Source: Tubulanus polymorphus (Eukaryota > Animalia > Nemertea). From it: a stretch of 64,000 nucleotides of DNA. The notes beneath the pieces are model-generated. The model saw nothing but the letters and a program-made list of their open reading frames with translations. It was not told the origin of the DNA and did not search any database. Below are positions 22,452 through 35,256 of the stretch, piece after piece; position 1 is the first letter of the stretch; every line of letters begins with the position of its first letter. Location of the stretch: positions 15,966,485 to 16,030,484 of the forward strand of contig NC_134027.1 of NCBI RefSeq assembly GCF_964204645.1, in the 5' to 3' direction. A program made the position numbers and the translations under genes.

Positions 22452-23078
22452 ATGAATAAGGAATTATTTATATTTGAGCCTCATAATATGTTAATTTCTG
22501 GCGTAACAAATTGTGGAAAAACCTATTTTATATTATATTTATTAGAAACTGTTTATAAAAACTATTTTGATAATATAGTATTAATTTGTCCAACATATGA
22601 ATTTAATCAAACTTATGATAGAAATATTACTAGAAATAATAAATTTATTATATTAGACCCTAAAACAGTAAAAGAAAATTTAGATAATTGTATTAAAATA
22701 GCAATAGATATTTATAAAGGATCAAATACATTATTCATTATAGATGATTGCGCAAATTTACATGATTCAAAAATTAGAGAGAGTGAGTTATGTTATTTAG
22801 CATTTTCTGGTAGACATTTTGGGATAACAACTTGGGTTTTAAATCAAAAATATAATTCAATTGTTAAAGACTTTAGAGAAAACATTAGATTTCTAGTTTT
22901 ATTCTACAATAAAGATAGAAAATCGATGAAAAATGCACTTGAGGAAAATGATATTATTCCACATGATTTACATAATGAATATATGGATAAATTGAAAAAT
23001 ATTAAAAGATCAAAATTACTATTTAGATTACAACACCGATTTAAATATGAATCTATTCAAATTCAACTAGCTTGTTAA
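22452..23078 (+). CDS. A32/FtsK-like DNA packaging ATPase
   Basis: Walker A GVTNCGKT, Walker B FIIDD, GRHFGI, NQKY. Confidence 0.9.
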   Translation: MNKELFIFEPHNMLISGVTNCGKTYFILYLLETVYKNYFDNIVLICPTYEFNQTYDRNITRNNKFIILDPKTVKENLDNCIKIAIDIYKGSNTLFIIDDCANLHDSKIRESELCYLAFSGRHFGITTWVLNQKYNSIVKDFRENIRFLVLFYNKDRKSMKNALEENDIIPHDLHNEYMDKLKNIKRSKLLFRLQHRFKYESIQIQLAC

Positions 23079-23267
23079 TCTATTACATATTTAGTTACAT
23101 TCTAGTTGAATTCTAGTTATTAGTAGTTGGAACAAAAATCAACTAGATTTAACAAGAAATAAATAAAAACAACAATATTTCAACTAGCTTGTTAATCTAG
23201 TTGAATTCTAGTTACATTCTAGTTAAATTCTAGTTGCAACATCACAACTAATTTTTTTGTTATATAA

Positions 23268-23636
23268 ATGGGAGGTGAAAAGAAAATAAAATCTAAAAAT
23301 GGTGATGTTCCAATTGAAAAAACTTTAGATGATTTAGGAATAACAGAAACAAAATTAACTCCAGATGATGGTGCTTTAAATAATGTTACAACAAAATATT
23401 AATTATGAATATTATCTTTATTGTAAACATCAATTAAAAATATAATTGCATCTGGAAAATGTAAAAATTTTATCGGTAAAAATTTAACTTATAATGAATT
23501 AGATACAATGAAATCAGATGAAATTATTAGATTATTTAAGATTTATGAAGCCACGAGAACAGCTAGAATTAATCACGCGATATCAGAAAATGTAGTAAAA
23601 GGTTATAGTAAATTATGTAATTATATGCTGCCAATT
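23268..23636 (+). pseudogene. Polinton hypothetical protein, disrupted and truncated
   Basis: TAAATG start, internal stops, cut at the inverted duplication junction. Confidence 0.5.
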
Positions 23637-25240
23637 CATTTTCATTTCTATAATCATAATATTCACTTTCAATTAGTTCTGGATAATCAGATTTTATATA
23701 TAACCCGAAAGCTGCAGCTGATTGATGAATCTTTTTAATTGTATTTGTTTTTAGTGGTTCATCTGAAAAATCATTTTCATTAGAATTTAATTTCTTTCTT
23801 TTATAATATATTTCTTTTCTATCTTGATCAGTTAGTTCCTTATTTAATGATTCAAAATCTCCATATATTACAAATGGTACTTTATTTTTGTAATCATATT
23901 TTATGAATTCTAATATTTTATCCTTTTCATTTGGTAAAACTAATTTACAATAATCATGATTATCACATAATTGTTTATGATTTAATAATGCACTTTCAGT
24001 TCTGAATCTATGTAAACATTTTCTACATAGATATATTTTATTATCAAAATCATTTTCTGATTTAAAAAATAAATCAATTCTTTTAATCCACATATAATGA
24101 TTCTCATAATATAATATATCTATAACATCGTTTGAATCATAATCTTTTGATAGATATAAAGGTTCTAATGTATAATGTTTTATATTGTTACCTTTTGTTT
24201 TTGGTAATTTGAGTAAATCAAACACATTTATCTTTATATTATTATCTCTTTCTATTTTTGGGATGTTTTTAATTCTAACAGGATACTTATCTATCTTATA
24301 ATTATTTTCAAATGGTTTATAATGAGTTAATCTACAAATATTATCAGTTGCAGGATGTAAGCAACTAATTATAGCCCATAGAAAACATTTATCATCAAAA
24401 TTTTGTACATTTATTACAGCATTAGTTTTAAATGGTAGTTTAATATAACTCGATGCTTCAATATCTGGTTCTTTATAATATGATACATTATTTTCATCAA
24501 TTGGTTTTGATTTAGTTAACTTATTATATTTTGTGTTATAAACATGTAAAGTCATAAATATAATTTCATCAAATATTAAACCTGATCCTTCAAAATATTT
24601 CTCTTCTATTTTAGTTTTTACTTCATTATAACATTTATCTAATTTATCATCTATATGTTGTTTAGATATAATATGTTGTGAATGAGAATTTATATTATAT
24701 ATTGGTTTATCTTCAGATTTTATAAACTTTACTTTAGAAGATATACTAATTTTAGGGTATTCAACATCTGTAATTATTTTTATAATATTTTTCATATTTT
24801 CTAAATGTTTTTTATTTTCTTCTGTTTTTCCTTTATGAAATTTAAACTCAATAGCAGTAATTGGAAATGTGTTGTTTCATACCAGAGGTCGAAGGTCGAG
24901 ACACCCACCACTCATCACCACAAGTAATTTTTTTTTCTAATAAATGGGAGATAGAAAAGCATTCTTAGCAACAATAAATATCAGAATAAAACCAGCAAAC
25001 AAAAAAAAATTTGAAATAAAAAAGTTAATTGATGTTGCAAAAGAAATTTAACATAAAATATTGAAATTAGAAAAGATAAAAACTAAATATGGAGAGAAAG
25101 TATCAGCGAATTTAAGCTACTGTAATGTTAGTACATCGCGAGAATTTAAAGTATTTTAACCTGATAAATGGGTTTCATTGAGTACAGAGGAATTAAAAGA
25201 TTTAGAAGGATTTAAAATAATCTATCATGGAAAAAATGAA
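23637..25240 (-). repeat. Inverted duplicate of 26552-28111 (A right end plus outer pPolB fragment)
   Basis: The 23569-24795(-) ORF matches the 27000 and 27523 ORFs. Includes the A TIR and the GCTATT junction. Confidence 0.92.
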
Positions 25241-25273
25241 GACGGTCATCATGATTTAGAAATTGTTGATTGA
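24944..25273 (+). pseudogene. SSB-like gene of element A (duplicate; the in-place copy runs leftward from ~26849)
   Basis: TKYGEKV..FKVF*PDKW..LSTEELKDL..KNEDGHHD aligns with 30517-30870. Confidence 0.65.
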
Positions 25274-26942
25274 ATAAAAATAAAAATAATGAATATCTAA
25301 AAATAACCTTAGTCGTTTTACGAACAATTACAATCATACAGCCAAACATCTGCTACATGTTATTATAAGAGAGTACTTCATTTGAATATTGTTCGATCAA
25401 ACAGGTGTTGCAATTCAACGTTGTTGTTATATTGGATAGCTAGCAGTTATATAATAAGCGCGCAGTACATACAACACACACAGGATACATTCTCTCTCGT
25501 GTTTAAAAGGAATATTTCGGTGTTTTTAAGGTAAGTTTTAGCAAAATTGCCCTATCCTCGACCTACAGAGTTTTCAGGGGATAAGTATCCTTTTATTGAA
25601 AGGCGCCACGGGACGCTTATCCCCAGTCATTTCTACTTACACCCCCGCGACCCACGTCAACCGGGATCTCCTTCAATGATAGGCAAAAATCACATTATAT
25701 TAAAGGCGCCTATTGTAATTTCTATCAATCTCCAAATTCGAAACCGAAGGAGAAACCCGGAGAGTGGACGAAGGTGCATTTTCGAAATGCCTCTGCTGGC
25801 CAGAGCTACTCCAGCGTTGGAATGAATTGCGTTATATACTTAGCTAAAACACCGAAGTAAATGTTACTGGTGTTTACTAAAGAAATATGTGAAATTTGAA
25901 ATTGTAAATTATTCCGAATGAAAAGAATATAGGAATGAAAACTGATAAATGAATTATGGATTTTTAACTTGATTATGATATAATTTTTAATCCAATTAGT
26001 AATCAATTATCCATGTTAATTGATTAACAAATTCAAATTCAAATATTCATTTTAGCATCACACCCAGTGCTGCCATCTTTCAATTTAAGAAAAAACTAAT
26101 AATAAGAAACGACTGTAATACAATATTCAAGTAAAAACTTCAAATTAAAAAAAAACAAAATAAATTAATAAAAATAATGAATATCTAGAATCCGAAATGA
26201 CTTATCTGGACAATTTAATTGCTCTGCATAGATAGACAAAAGTAGTGAGATATTCAATTATTTTTTTTGCTTTTTTTCTAAAATATTAATCCATTTTTTT
26301 ATTATCAATTTTGGAATTTCAGAAGTATTTTCATTTTTAATAACAGTCGTTTCAGAATTATAAATATCATGAAATTTATTTGATTTCTTATACCAATTAC
26401 ATCCAATCAAAATGAATACAATTACAAATCCAACTGTAAAATATAGACATTTATCAAATATTCTATTATTAGAAGGAGTAGAAATAACAATATTTTCACT
26501 ATTTTTATTAACATTTTTATTACTTATTTTTTCTTTTACAGCTTTTTTATATTCATTTTTTTCCATGATAGATTATTTTAAATCCTTCTAAATCTTTTAA
26601 TTCCTCTGTACTCAATGAAACCCATTTATCAGGTAAAATACTTTAAATTCTCGCGATGTACTAACATTACAGTAGCTTAAATTCGCTGATACTTTCTCTC
26701 CATATTTAGTTTTTATCTTTTCTAATTTCAATATTTTATGTTAAATTTCTTTTGCAACATCAATTAACTTTTTTATTTCAAATTTTTTTTTGTTTGCTGG
26801 TTTTATTCTGATATTTATTGTTGCTAAGAATGCTTTTCTATCTCCCATTTATTAGAAAAAAAAATAACTTGTGGTGATGAGTGGTGGGTGTCTCGACCTT
26901 CGACCTCTGGTATGAAACAACACATTTCCAATTACTGCTATT

Positions 26943-29900
26943 GAGTTTAAATTTCATAAAGGAAAAACATTAGAAGAAAATAAAAAACATTTAGAAAATA
27001 TGAAAAATATTATAAAAATAATTACAGATGTTGAATACCCTAAAATTAGTATATCTTCTAAAGTAAAGTTTATAAAATCTGAAGATAAACCAATATATAA
27101 TATAAATTCTCATTCACAACATATTATATCTAAACAACATATAGATGATAAATTAGATAAATGTTATAATGAAGTAAAAACTAAAATAGAAGAGAAATAT
27201 TTTGAAGGATCAGGTTTAATATTTGATGAAATAATATTTATGACTTTACATGTTTATAACACAAAATATAATAAGTTAACTAAATCAAAACCAATTGATG
27301 AAAATAATGTATCATATTATAAAGAACCAGATATTGAAGCATCGAGTTATATTAAACTACCATTTAAAACTAATGCTGTAATAAATGTACAAAATTTTGA
27401 TGATAAATGTTTTCTATGGGCTATAATTAGTTGCTTACATCCTGCAACTCTTAAGGTATAAGTATACTGTTAGAATTAAAAACATCCCAAAAATAGAAAG
27501 AGATAATAACATAAAGATAAATGTGTTTGATTTACTCAAATTACCAAAAACAAAAGGTAACAATATAAAACATTATACATTAGAACCTTTACATCTATCA
27601 AAAGATTATGATTCAAACGATGTTATAGATATATTATATTATGAGAATCATTATATGTGGATTAAAAGAATTGATTTATTTTTTAAATCAGAAAATGATT
27701 TTGATAATAAAATATATCTATGTAGAAAATGTTTACATAGATTCAGAACTGAAAGTGCATTATTAAATCATAAACAATTATGTGATAATCATGATTATTG
27801 TAAATTAGTTTTACCAAATGAAAAGGATGAAATATTAGAATTCATAAAATATGATTACGAAAATAAAGTACCATTTGTAATATATGGAGATTTTGAATCA
27901 TTAAATAAGGAACTAACTGATCAAGATAGAAAAGAAATATATTATAAAAGAAAGAAATTAAATTCTAATGAAAATGATTTTTCAGATGAACCACTAAAAA
28001 CAAATACACTTAAAAAGATTCATCAATCAGCTGCAGCTTTCGGGTTATATATAAAATCTGATTATCCAGAACTAATTGAAAGTGAATATTATGATTATAG
28101 AAATGAAAATGTTATCAATCATTTTTGTGACTTATTAATTGAATATGAAATAAGATTTAGTAAATTATTGAATACAAATATAGAAATTATAATGACAGAA
28201 GAAGATAAAGAAGAATTTGTGTTTGCAGGTAAATGTTATTATTGTGAAAAGATATTTAATTATAAAGATAAAAAGTAAGAGACCATGATCATTTGAATGG
28301 AAAGTTTAGAGGTGCTGCGCATGAGAATTGTAACTTACAAGCTAAGAAAATTAACTTTGTGCCAGTTATATTTCATAATCTATCAGGATATGATGCACAT
28401 TTATTTATCAAACAGTTATGTCATAAAATAGAAGAAATTAATAATGAAATAGAAAGATTAAATTCAAATAGATCAAAAGATAAAATATCAACTTATAAAT
28501 TTAAGATGTTAGCTAGAACATCTGAGAATTATATATCATTCCAATTTGGTTGCCTAAGATTTATAGATTCATATAGATTTTTAAATAGTTCATTAGATAA
28601 CTTATCAAAATCATTAGTTGATGATGAATTAAAAATATTAAAACAACACTATCCAAATAATGATGATTTCCAATTAATGAGATATAAAGGCGCAATTCCA
28701 TATTCTTTCTATAAAAATCATAATGATTTTAACATAACTGAATTATTGAAAGAACAATTCTACGATGAATTAAAAAATGAATAAGTTAAAGATGAAGTCT
28801 ATAATAGAACATTGAATATTTGGAATCATTTCAAAATAGAAAATCATGGACAATTATTAGATTTATATTTAAAATCAGATGTATTATTATTATCGGCTAT
28901 ATTTGAAAGGCTTAGAGATGTAAACCTAAAATATTTTAATATTGATCCATGTCATTGTTATTCATCACCAGGTTTAACATGGGATTGTGGATTAAAATTT
29001 ACAGATATAAAAATGGATTTGTTAACAAATATTTGTTAACAATTATTATTATTTAAAAAATCTATAAGAGGAGGAGTTTCAGGTGTATTAGGGGATAGAT
29101 ATTTCAATGTAAATGATAACCCTGGATATAAGTTATCATAGATAACATATATATAGATGCAAATAATTTGTATGATTGGGCAATGATGGAACCACAACCT
29201 TATGGAGTATTTGAAATAAGTGAAGTTTTACAACATGAAAATAATGACAAATTTGATTGGAAGAAAAGGATTCTAGATATTGCAGATGATTCAGATACTG
29301 GTTACTTTTTTGTTGTAGATTTAGAATATCCTGAACATATTAAATTTGAATCTAGAAATCTAGCATACTGCCCCGAACATAAAACTGTAACACATGAAGA
29401 ATTATCAAATTATCAAAAAAGAATTAAACCCGAAAATCATATTCATACAGAAAAGTTAATGGTAACTCAAGAAGATAAATATAATTATGTAGTACATTAT
29501 AGAATGTTGAAGTTTTATATGAATCAAGGAATGATCCTAAAAAAAGTGCATAGATATATTTCATTTAGCCAATCTAAGTGGTTAGAAAAATATATAGATT
29601 TTAACACCAAACAGAGAACTGAAGTTAAAACTGATTTCGAGAAAGATTTCTTCAAGTTAATGAACAATGCATTCTATGGTAAGACTTGTGAATATATTAG
29701 AAATAGAAATTACATTGAGTTAGTTAGTAATGGCAAAAGGATAAGGCATTTACAAACGTACCCTAAATTTATAGGTAACAGAATATTTGATGAAAATTTA
29801 GCCGCAGTTAAAATGAGAAGAACTTCTATGAAATTTAATAAACCAATTTATGTTGGAGCATCAGTTTTAGAAATATCAAAGTTATTAATGTATGAATTCT

Positions 29901-30487
29901 ATTATAATGTATTACAATCTCATTTTGGAGAAAAACATATAGAAATCTTATATTTTGATACCGACAGTTACATATTAAAGATAAAAACTAATAACATAAC
30001 AGATGATTTTAAAACATTAAAACATCATTTTGATTTTAGTAACTATCCTAAAGATCATGAATTGTTTAGCAATGATAATAAAAAAGTTCCTGGTAAATTC
30101 AAAGATGAATTAGGTGGTGAAGAAATGATAGAGTTCATAGGTATTAGATCTAAAATGTATAGTTATAAAACCATAACTCATGAATCAAAGAAATTGAAAG
30201 GAATTACTAAAAGTGTAGTAGAAAAGAATATTCATTTCAAAGATTACATCAATTGTATATTCAATGAAGTTAGAAAACATAAGATGAAATGTTTAAGATC
30301 AGAAGATCATGAAATGTTTATTGAAGAGATAGAGAAGATAAGTCTAAACCCATTTGATGATAAAAGATATATTTTAGATGATGGAATTCATACAGTTGCT
30401 TATGGTTGTAATTTAGATGAATACTTAAAATTTAAAAGAGAAGAAACAAAAGAGAACGAGATAATGAAAAGAATTCTAACGTGTTAA
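26943..30487 (+). pseudogene. polB: Outer pPolB main body (intein-free)
   Basis: Full motif set including YIDANNLY, KLMNNAFYGK, YFDTDS, DDKR. Several stops and frameshifts. Confidence 0.95.
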
Positions 30488-30516
30488 TCAAATTTTAATA
30501 AAAATATGTATTATAA

Positions 30517-30870
30517 ATGGAGAGTAAACAAGCACACAGTGAGAACAACAAAATATTTCTAGATAGAATAAAAGATACTTCAAATGTCAAATCAGTAGAT
30601 TATAAATTTAAGAAGTTAAAAGAATTAATAATCCATAAGCGATATCTAATTACAAATATTGATACAGTTACTAACAAATATGGAGATAAATTAGTTATAC
30701 ACTTAGAATATGAAGGATTAAAAGGAAATACATATAAATTTAGAACATATTTACCAGATAGATTTCATAGATTATCAAGTGAAGATTTAGAAGAATTATG
30801 TTCTGGAGATTTCTATTTCGTATACAAATGTAAGAATGAAAAGGGGCACCATGCAATAGATTTCGAATAA
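30517..30870 (+). CDS. Putative ssDNA-binding (OB-fold-like) protein
   Basis: NKYGDKLVIHLE..YLPDRF pattern; intact; adjacent to pPolB. Function is inferred. Confidence 0.55.
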   Translation: MESKQAHSENNKIFLDRIKDTSNVKSVDYKFKKLKELIIHKRYLITNIDTVTNKYGDKLVIHLEYEGLKGNTYKFRTYLPDRFHRLSSEDLEELCSGDFYFVYKCKNEKGHHAIDFE

Positions 30871-30884
30871 AATATGTAAAACAA

Positions 30885-31643
30885 ATGGTAGAATTTAAAG
30901 AATACAGAATATTTGTTGATTCTAGAAGACTTACAAATTATAAATCATATAATTTACTAGTACAATTAGATAGAGAATTCAAGAATTGTGTAGATTTAAG
31001 ATTTGTAAATATAAGTTTATGTAATTCTTTTTACAATGTATCGGATAAAACTATTGAACATAGAGTCTTTTTAATTCATGATAGAAATAAAAGTAAATGG
31101 TTTCATCTTTATCTTAAACCAGGATTATATAATTTAGATACATTAGCGCAGGAAATTAATAGAAGAGCTCGGTTGAAAATGGGTGCATCTGCTGGATTTG
31201 GATTAAAACTGATTAAAAGTGATAGCTCCGATAAAATAAGAATAAAATTAGGTAATGAAGATCAACATCAATTTCTAGTTAAAAAACCTTTAGCTAAAAT
31301 TTTAGGAATAACCCCAGATGTAAGGATGCGCAATGCTGATGCTACACCAAACTTAATACCTTTTACACACTTTTATATTTATTGCAATTTAATTGATCCT
31401 ACAAAAACATTCGAAGCAACTAAAGATGTAACTTGTAATTCTGGTTTATTGAATATTTTACCATTAAAGAATGTTAAAGAATTTGGAACACAAATAAATT
31501 ATAATTTAACAGAATGTGATTTCAAACCATGCATTCCTCAATTTATTAATTTTAGATTAGAAATTAGAAATCATAATGGATATTTAATTGATTTAAATAA
31601 TTTCCCTGTAATTTATGAATTAGTTATAAGATGTAGAGAGTAA
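30885..31643 (+). CDS. Minor capsid protein (penton), intact
   Basis: 252 aa; NSFYNV, PGLYNL, LAKILGI, FYIYCNLID, IDLNNFPV. Confidence 0.82.
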   Translation: MVEFKEYRIFVDSRRLTNYKSYNLLVQLDREFKNCVDLRFVNISLCNSFYNVSDKTIEHRVFLIHDRNKSKWFHLYLKPGLYNLDTLAQEINRRARLKMGASAGFGLKLIKSDSSDKIRIKLGNEDQHQFLVKKPLAKILGITPDVRMRNADATPNLIPFTHFYIYCNLIDPTKTFEATKDVTCNSGLLNILPLKNVKEFGTQINYNLTECDFKPCIPQFINFRLEIRNHNGYLIDLNNFPVIYELVIRCRE

Positions 31644-31660
31644 TTTTTTTCACTATATAA

Positions 31661-31999
31661 ATGAATATTACTGTTGGACCGAGTATATGTTTTGGGTTTG
31701 ATTTTAAACATGGCAAAGAAATGAGAATTAAACTAAATGATGTAATTACTGATATAAAAAGTAAATCATTTAACAATGCATCAATGATTAATAAAGAAAA
31801 TTATAATATAGAAAAAGTAATTGATTTAATTAAATCACCTTTAGAATATTATGAATTAAATGAAGATGGAATTATTGATGATATTAAAAACATATTAACC
31901 AAAATATATGATAATCGTAAAAGTAGTAATGAAATAAATGTTGAATTAATCACTAAGATAACTGAATATTTTGATGATAGTAATTTTTTTGATAAATAA
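31661..31999 (+). CDS. Polinton hypothetical protein
   Basis: Homologue of 14404-14760. Confidence 0.7.
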   Translation: MNITVGPSICFGFDFKHGKEMRIKLNDVITDIKSKSFNNASMINKENYNIEKVIDLIKSPLEYYELNEDGIIDDIKNILTKIYDNRKSSNEINVELITKITEYFDDSNFFDK

Positions 32000-32221
32000 A
32001 TGAGTGATAATAAGTGGATAATAACTGGATTATATAATGGAGCATTACTATCAGTTGGAACTGTTGGTTATTCAATGGTATTAAAAAAAGTATTTAAAAT
32101 GGGAAGTGTTAATGTTGATATATTTGATATCAATGATATCTTAAAATTAACATTAGCAGTTACTTTATCTAATTTAACTATTGATTATTTGGAAAAACAA
32201 AAATATATTCCTCCTATATAA
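32000..32221 (+). CDS. Polinton small hydrophobic protein
   Basis: Homologue of 14761-14982. Confidence 0.75.
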   Translation: MSDNKWIITGLYNGALLSVGTVGYSMVLKKVFKMGSVNVDIFDINDILKLTLAVTLSNLTIDYLEKQKYIPPI

Positions 32222-32245
32222 ATGCATAATTATTTTACTAAATAA

Positions 32246-33871
32246 ATGGCTTCTGCAGTTATAACTATTATAGGATCGGCAATTGTTAACGCTTAAGCAT
32301 TTACTGGTGGTGGTTATTTATTTAAGCATATTGATAAAAATGGATCATTAACAGAACAAAAAAGACATAACTTAGCATTAGAAAAATACAATAAAGCAGC
32401 AGAAGAATATAGAGAAAAGAGGCAAAACTATATGGATTATTTTAACAAGGAATTATATGATCAGAAGATTTCACATAGAGATTTTCAATCAGTTGATGAT
32501 GCAATGAGTTTATATAACGCGGTAACCAATAAAGAAAAATTACATCTATACAAACCTAATTTATCAGATTATTATACACCAAGTAAAGAACAACAGAAAT
32601 ATGAAATAATATGGATTTTAGGTGGAACTGTTATTGTTATATTTGTAGCGTATAGTTTTACTAATTAGTAAATTTGTTTGCTAAATAAATGGATGATAAT
32701 ATTGATATCATTCCTCATGATATAAATAAAACTAAATTCAAAATATATTTAGAAAAACAAATATTAGAATTTGAAAATGATTTAAAAGTTAAAAAGAAAA
32801 AATATTTAAAATCTAAAATTATGTATTATTTTATTATCAGTGGTTCGGTTACAATTAGTTCGGTAATAACATTTCTAGCAATATTCAGTCCATTAACACC
32901 TTTAGCTATATCAATTGGTGTATTAGGATTATCATCAAGTGTTTTAACTGGTATAAGTTCAAAATTAAATATAAAAAGTAATAAAGAAAAAATTAAAACT
33001 AATATAAAAGAAATTAATAAACTAAAATAACGCTAGATTATATAATAAGTTTAAATGGCCATATAACAGTTGAAGAACAAGATAAATTATATTCCTGCAA
33101 TAGATTTTAACAAAAATATTACATATAAAAATTTAGTTTTAAATTCATTAATTGATTTATATATTTATGTTACTGAAACTAATTATTTTATTGTTAAGAT
33201 GGAAAATATATTTCATGTGTAAACAATTAATTTTAAAAATTTAAATGAGGCAAAACAATGGTTATTAAAATCTAATATGAAGTATTGGCAGAACCAATTA
33301 AATTTTGCTGTTTATTGCGCAACAACAGGATGTGGAATTAGTTGGAATGATCATTTAAACGAACCAAGTTTACCATTGATGTCATCACTCTTTAGATTTC
33401 ATACATACTTTCAAACAAAATTAATATTAGATGAATTAGAATGTCCTTTACCAGGTTCAAAATATTTTAAAGAATTGAATAATAATATTAATTTTTCTAA
33501 GTTTTATAAAATATGTAATGAATTTAATATTAATTCAAATAAAGATTTTAGAGCAAAAATTGGAACAATGGGTGGATAAGGAATATTATATACTAACGAA
33601 TTTGGAAAAATAATGACAAATTCCGATATGAGAACACTAAATTGGAATGAATTACCAAAATATTATAATAATATACAACAACAAAACAATAATGGTTGGG
33701 TTAATTTCATTTTAGAAAATAGTGAAGGTTTTACTAAAGCTGGAATACAAAGAATAAATCAATCTATTAGAACTTATTTGCTATGTATTTTAGGCGCTCA
33801 AGTTGAAACAAGATCACCAATAGTTGGAAATTTTAATACATCATTTGATACACAGAAACAATTCAAAGTTT
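32246..33871 (+). pseudogene. Decayed outer-element homologues of 15007-16755
   Basis: Collinear, near-identical to element A; stops and a deletion near 33090. Confidence 0.8.
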
Positions 33872-33878
33872 CAAAACT

Positions 33879-35256
33879 CATTTTGAATAGTCTAAAGTAC
33901 ACAAATAATGATTTAGAGTTGGGTCTTAGGTTTATGGGTCTTAGGTTTAGTGACACCTATATATAATATACTAAACCTAAGACCCATAAACCTAAGACCC
34001 CCAAATATCTCGTCTCTGATAAATGAACCAAATTTAAATAGGCCATCGATGTATCATTTTAACTAATATCTATATATTAGAACCATTTTGAATAGTCTAA
34101 CGTACACAAATAATGATTTAGAGTCGGGTCTTAGGTTTATGGGTCTTAGGTTTAGTGACACCTATATATAATATACTAAACCTAAGACCCATACACCTAA
34201 GACCCCCAAATATCTCGTCTCTGATAAATGAACTAAATTTTAATAGGCCATCGATGGATCATTTTAACTAATATCTATATATTAGAACCATTTCGAATAG
34301 TCTAAAGTACACAAATAATAACTTAGAGTCGGGTCTTAGGTTTATGGGTCTTAGGTTTAGTGACACCTATATATAATATACTAAACCTAAGACCTATAAA
34401 CCTAAGACCCTCAAATACGTCTCTGATAAATAAACCAAATTTAAATAGGCCATCGATGGATCATTAACTAATATCTATATATTAGAACCATTTTGAATAG
34501 TCTAAATTACACAAATAATGATTTAGAGTCGGGTCTTAGGTTTATGGGTCTTAGGTTTAGTGACACCTATATATAATATACTAAACCTAAGACCCATAAA
34601 CCTAAGACCCCCAAATATCTCGTCTCTGATAAATGAACCAAATTTTAATAGGCCATCGATGGATCATTTTAACTAATATCTATATATTAGAACCATTTCG
34701 AATAGTCTAAAGTACACAAATAATAACTTAGAGTCGGGTCTTAGGTTTAGTGACACCTATATATAATATACTAAACCTAAGACCTATAAACCTAAGACCC
34801 TCAAATACGTCTCTGATAAATAAACCAAATTTAAATAGGCCATCGATGGATCATTAACTAATATCTATATATTAGAACCATTTTGAATAGTCTTAAGTAC
34901 ACAAATAATGATTTAGAGTCGGGTCTTAGGTTTATGGGTCTTAGGTTTAGTGACACCTATATATAATATACTAAACCTAAGACCTATAAACCTAAGACCC
35001 CCAAATATCTCGTCTCTGATAAATGAACCAAATTTAAATGGGCCATCGATGGATCATTTTAACTGATATCTATATATTAGAACCATTTTGAATAGTCTAA
35101 AGTACACAAATAATGATTTAGAGTCGGGTCTTAGGTTTATGGGTCTTAGGTTTAGTATATTATATATAGGTGTCACTAAACCTAAGACCCCCTAAACATA
35201 AGACCTAACGGGTCTTAGGTCTTAGGTTTAGGGGGTCTTAGGTTTAGTGACACCCC
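33879..35256. repeat. 205-bp tandem repeat with internal palindrome, ~6.5 copies
   Basis: Unit starts at 33879, 34084 and onward; gggtcttaggttta / taaacctaagaccc arms. Confidence 0.92.

Larger units (their letters stand above)
1998..26936 (+). mobile_element. Inner Polinton/Maverick (element A), both ends present
   Basis: AGTAAT...ATTACT termini, ~90-bp TIRs, 6-bp TSD GCTATT (1992-1997 and 26937-26942). Encodes pPolB, penton, MCP, rve integrase and packaging ATPase. Confidence 0.93.
1172..33871 (+). mobile_element. Outer Polinton/Maverick (element B), right end truncated
   Basis: Begins AGTAATAGGGG. The pPolB N-terminus (1634-1997) rejoins 26943 across TSD GCTATT. Followed by SSB-like, penton and structural-region ORFs. 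Homology to element A stops at 33871, next to a satellite. Confidence 0.85.

Noticed and set aside
23569-24795. Independent third pPolB gene
   Set aside because: It is an inverted duplicate of the outer pPolB fragment, including the A junction.
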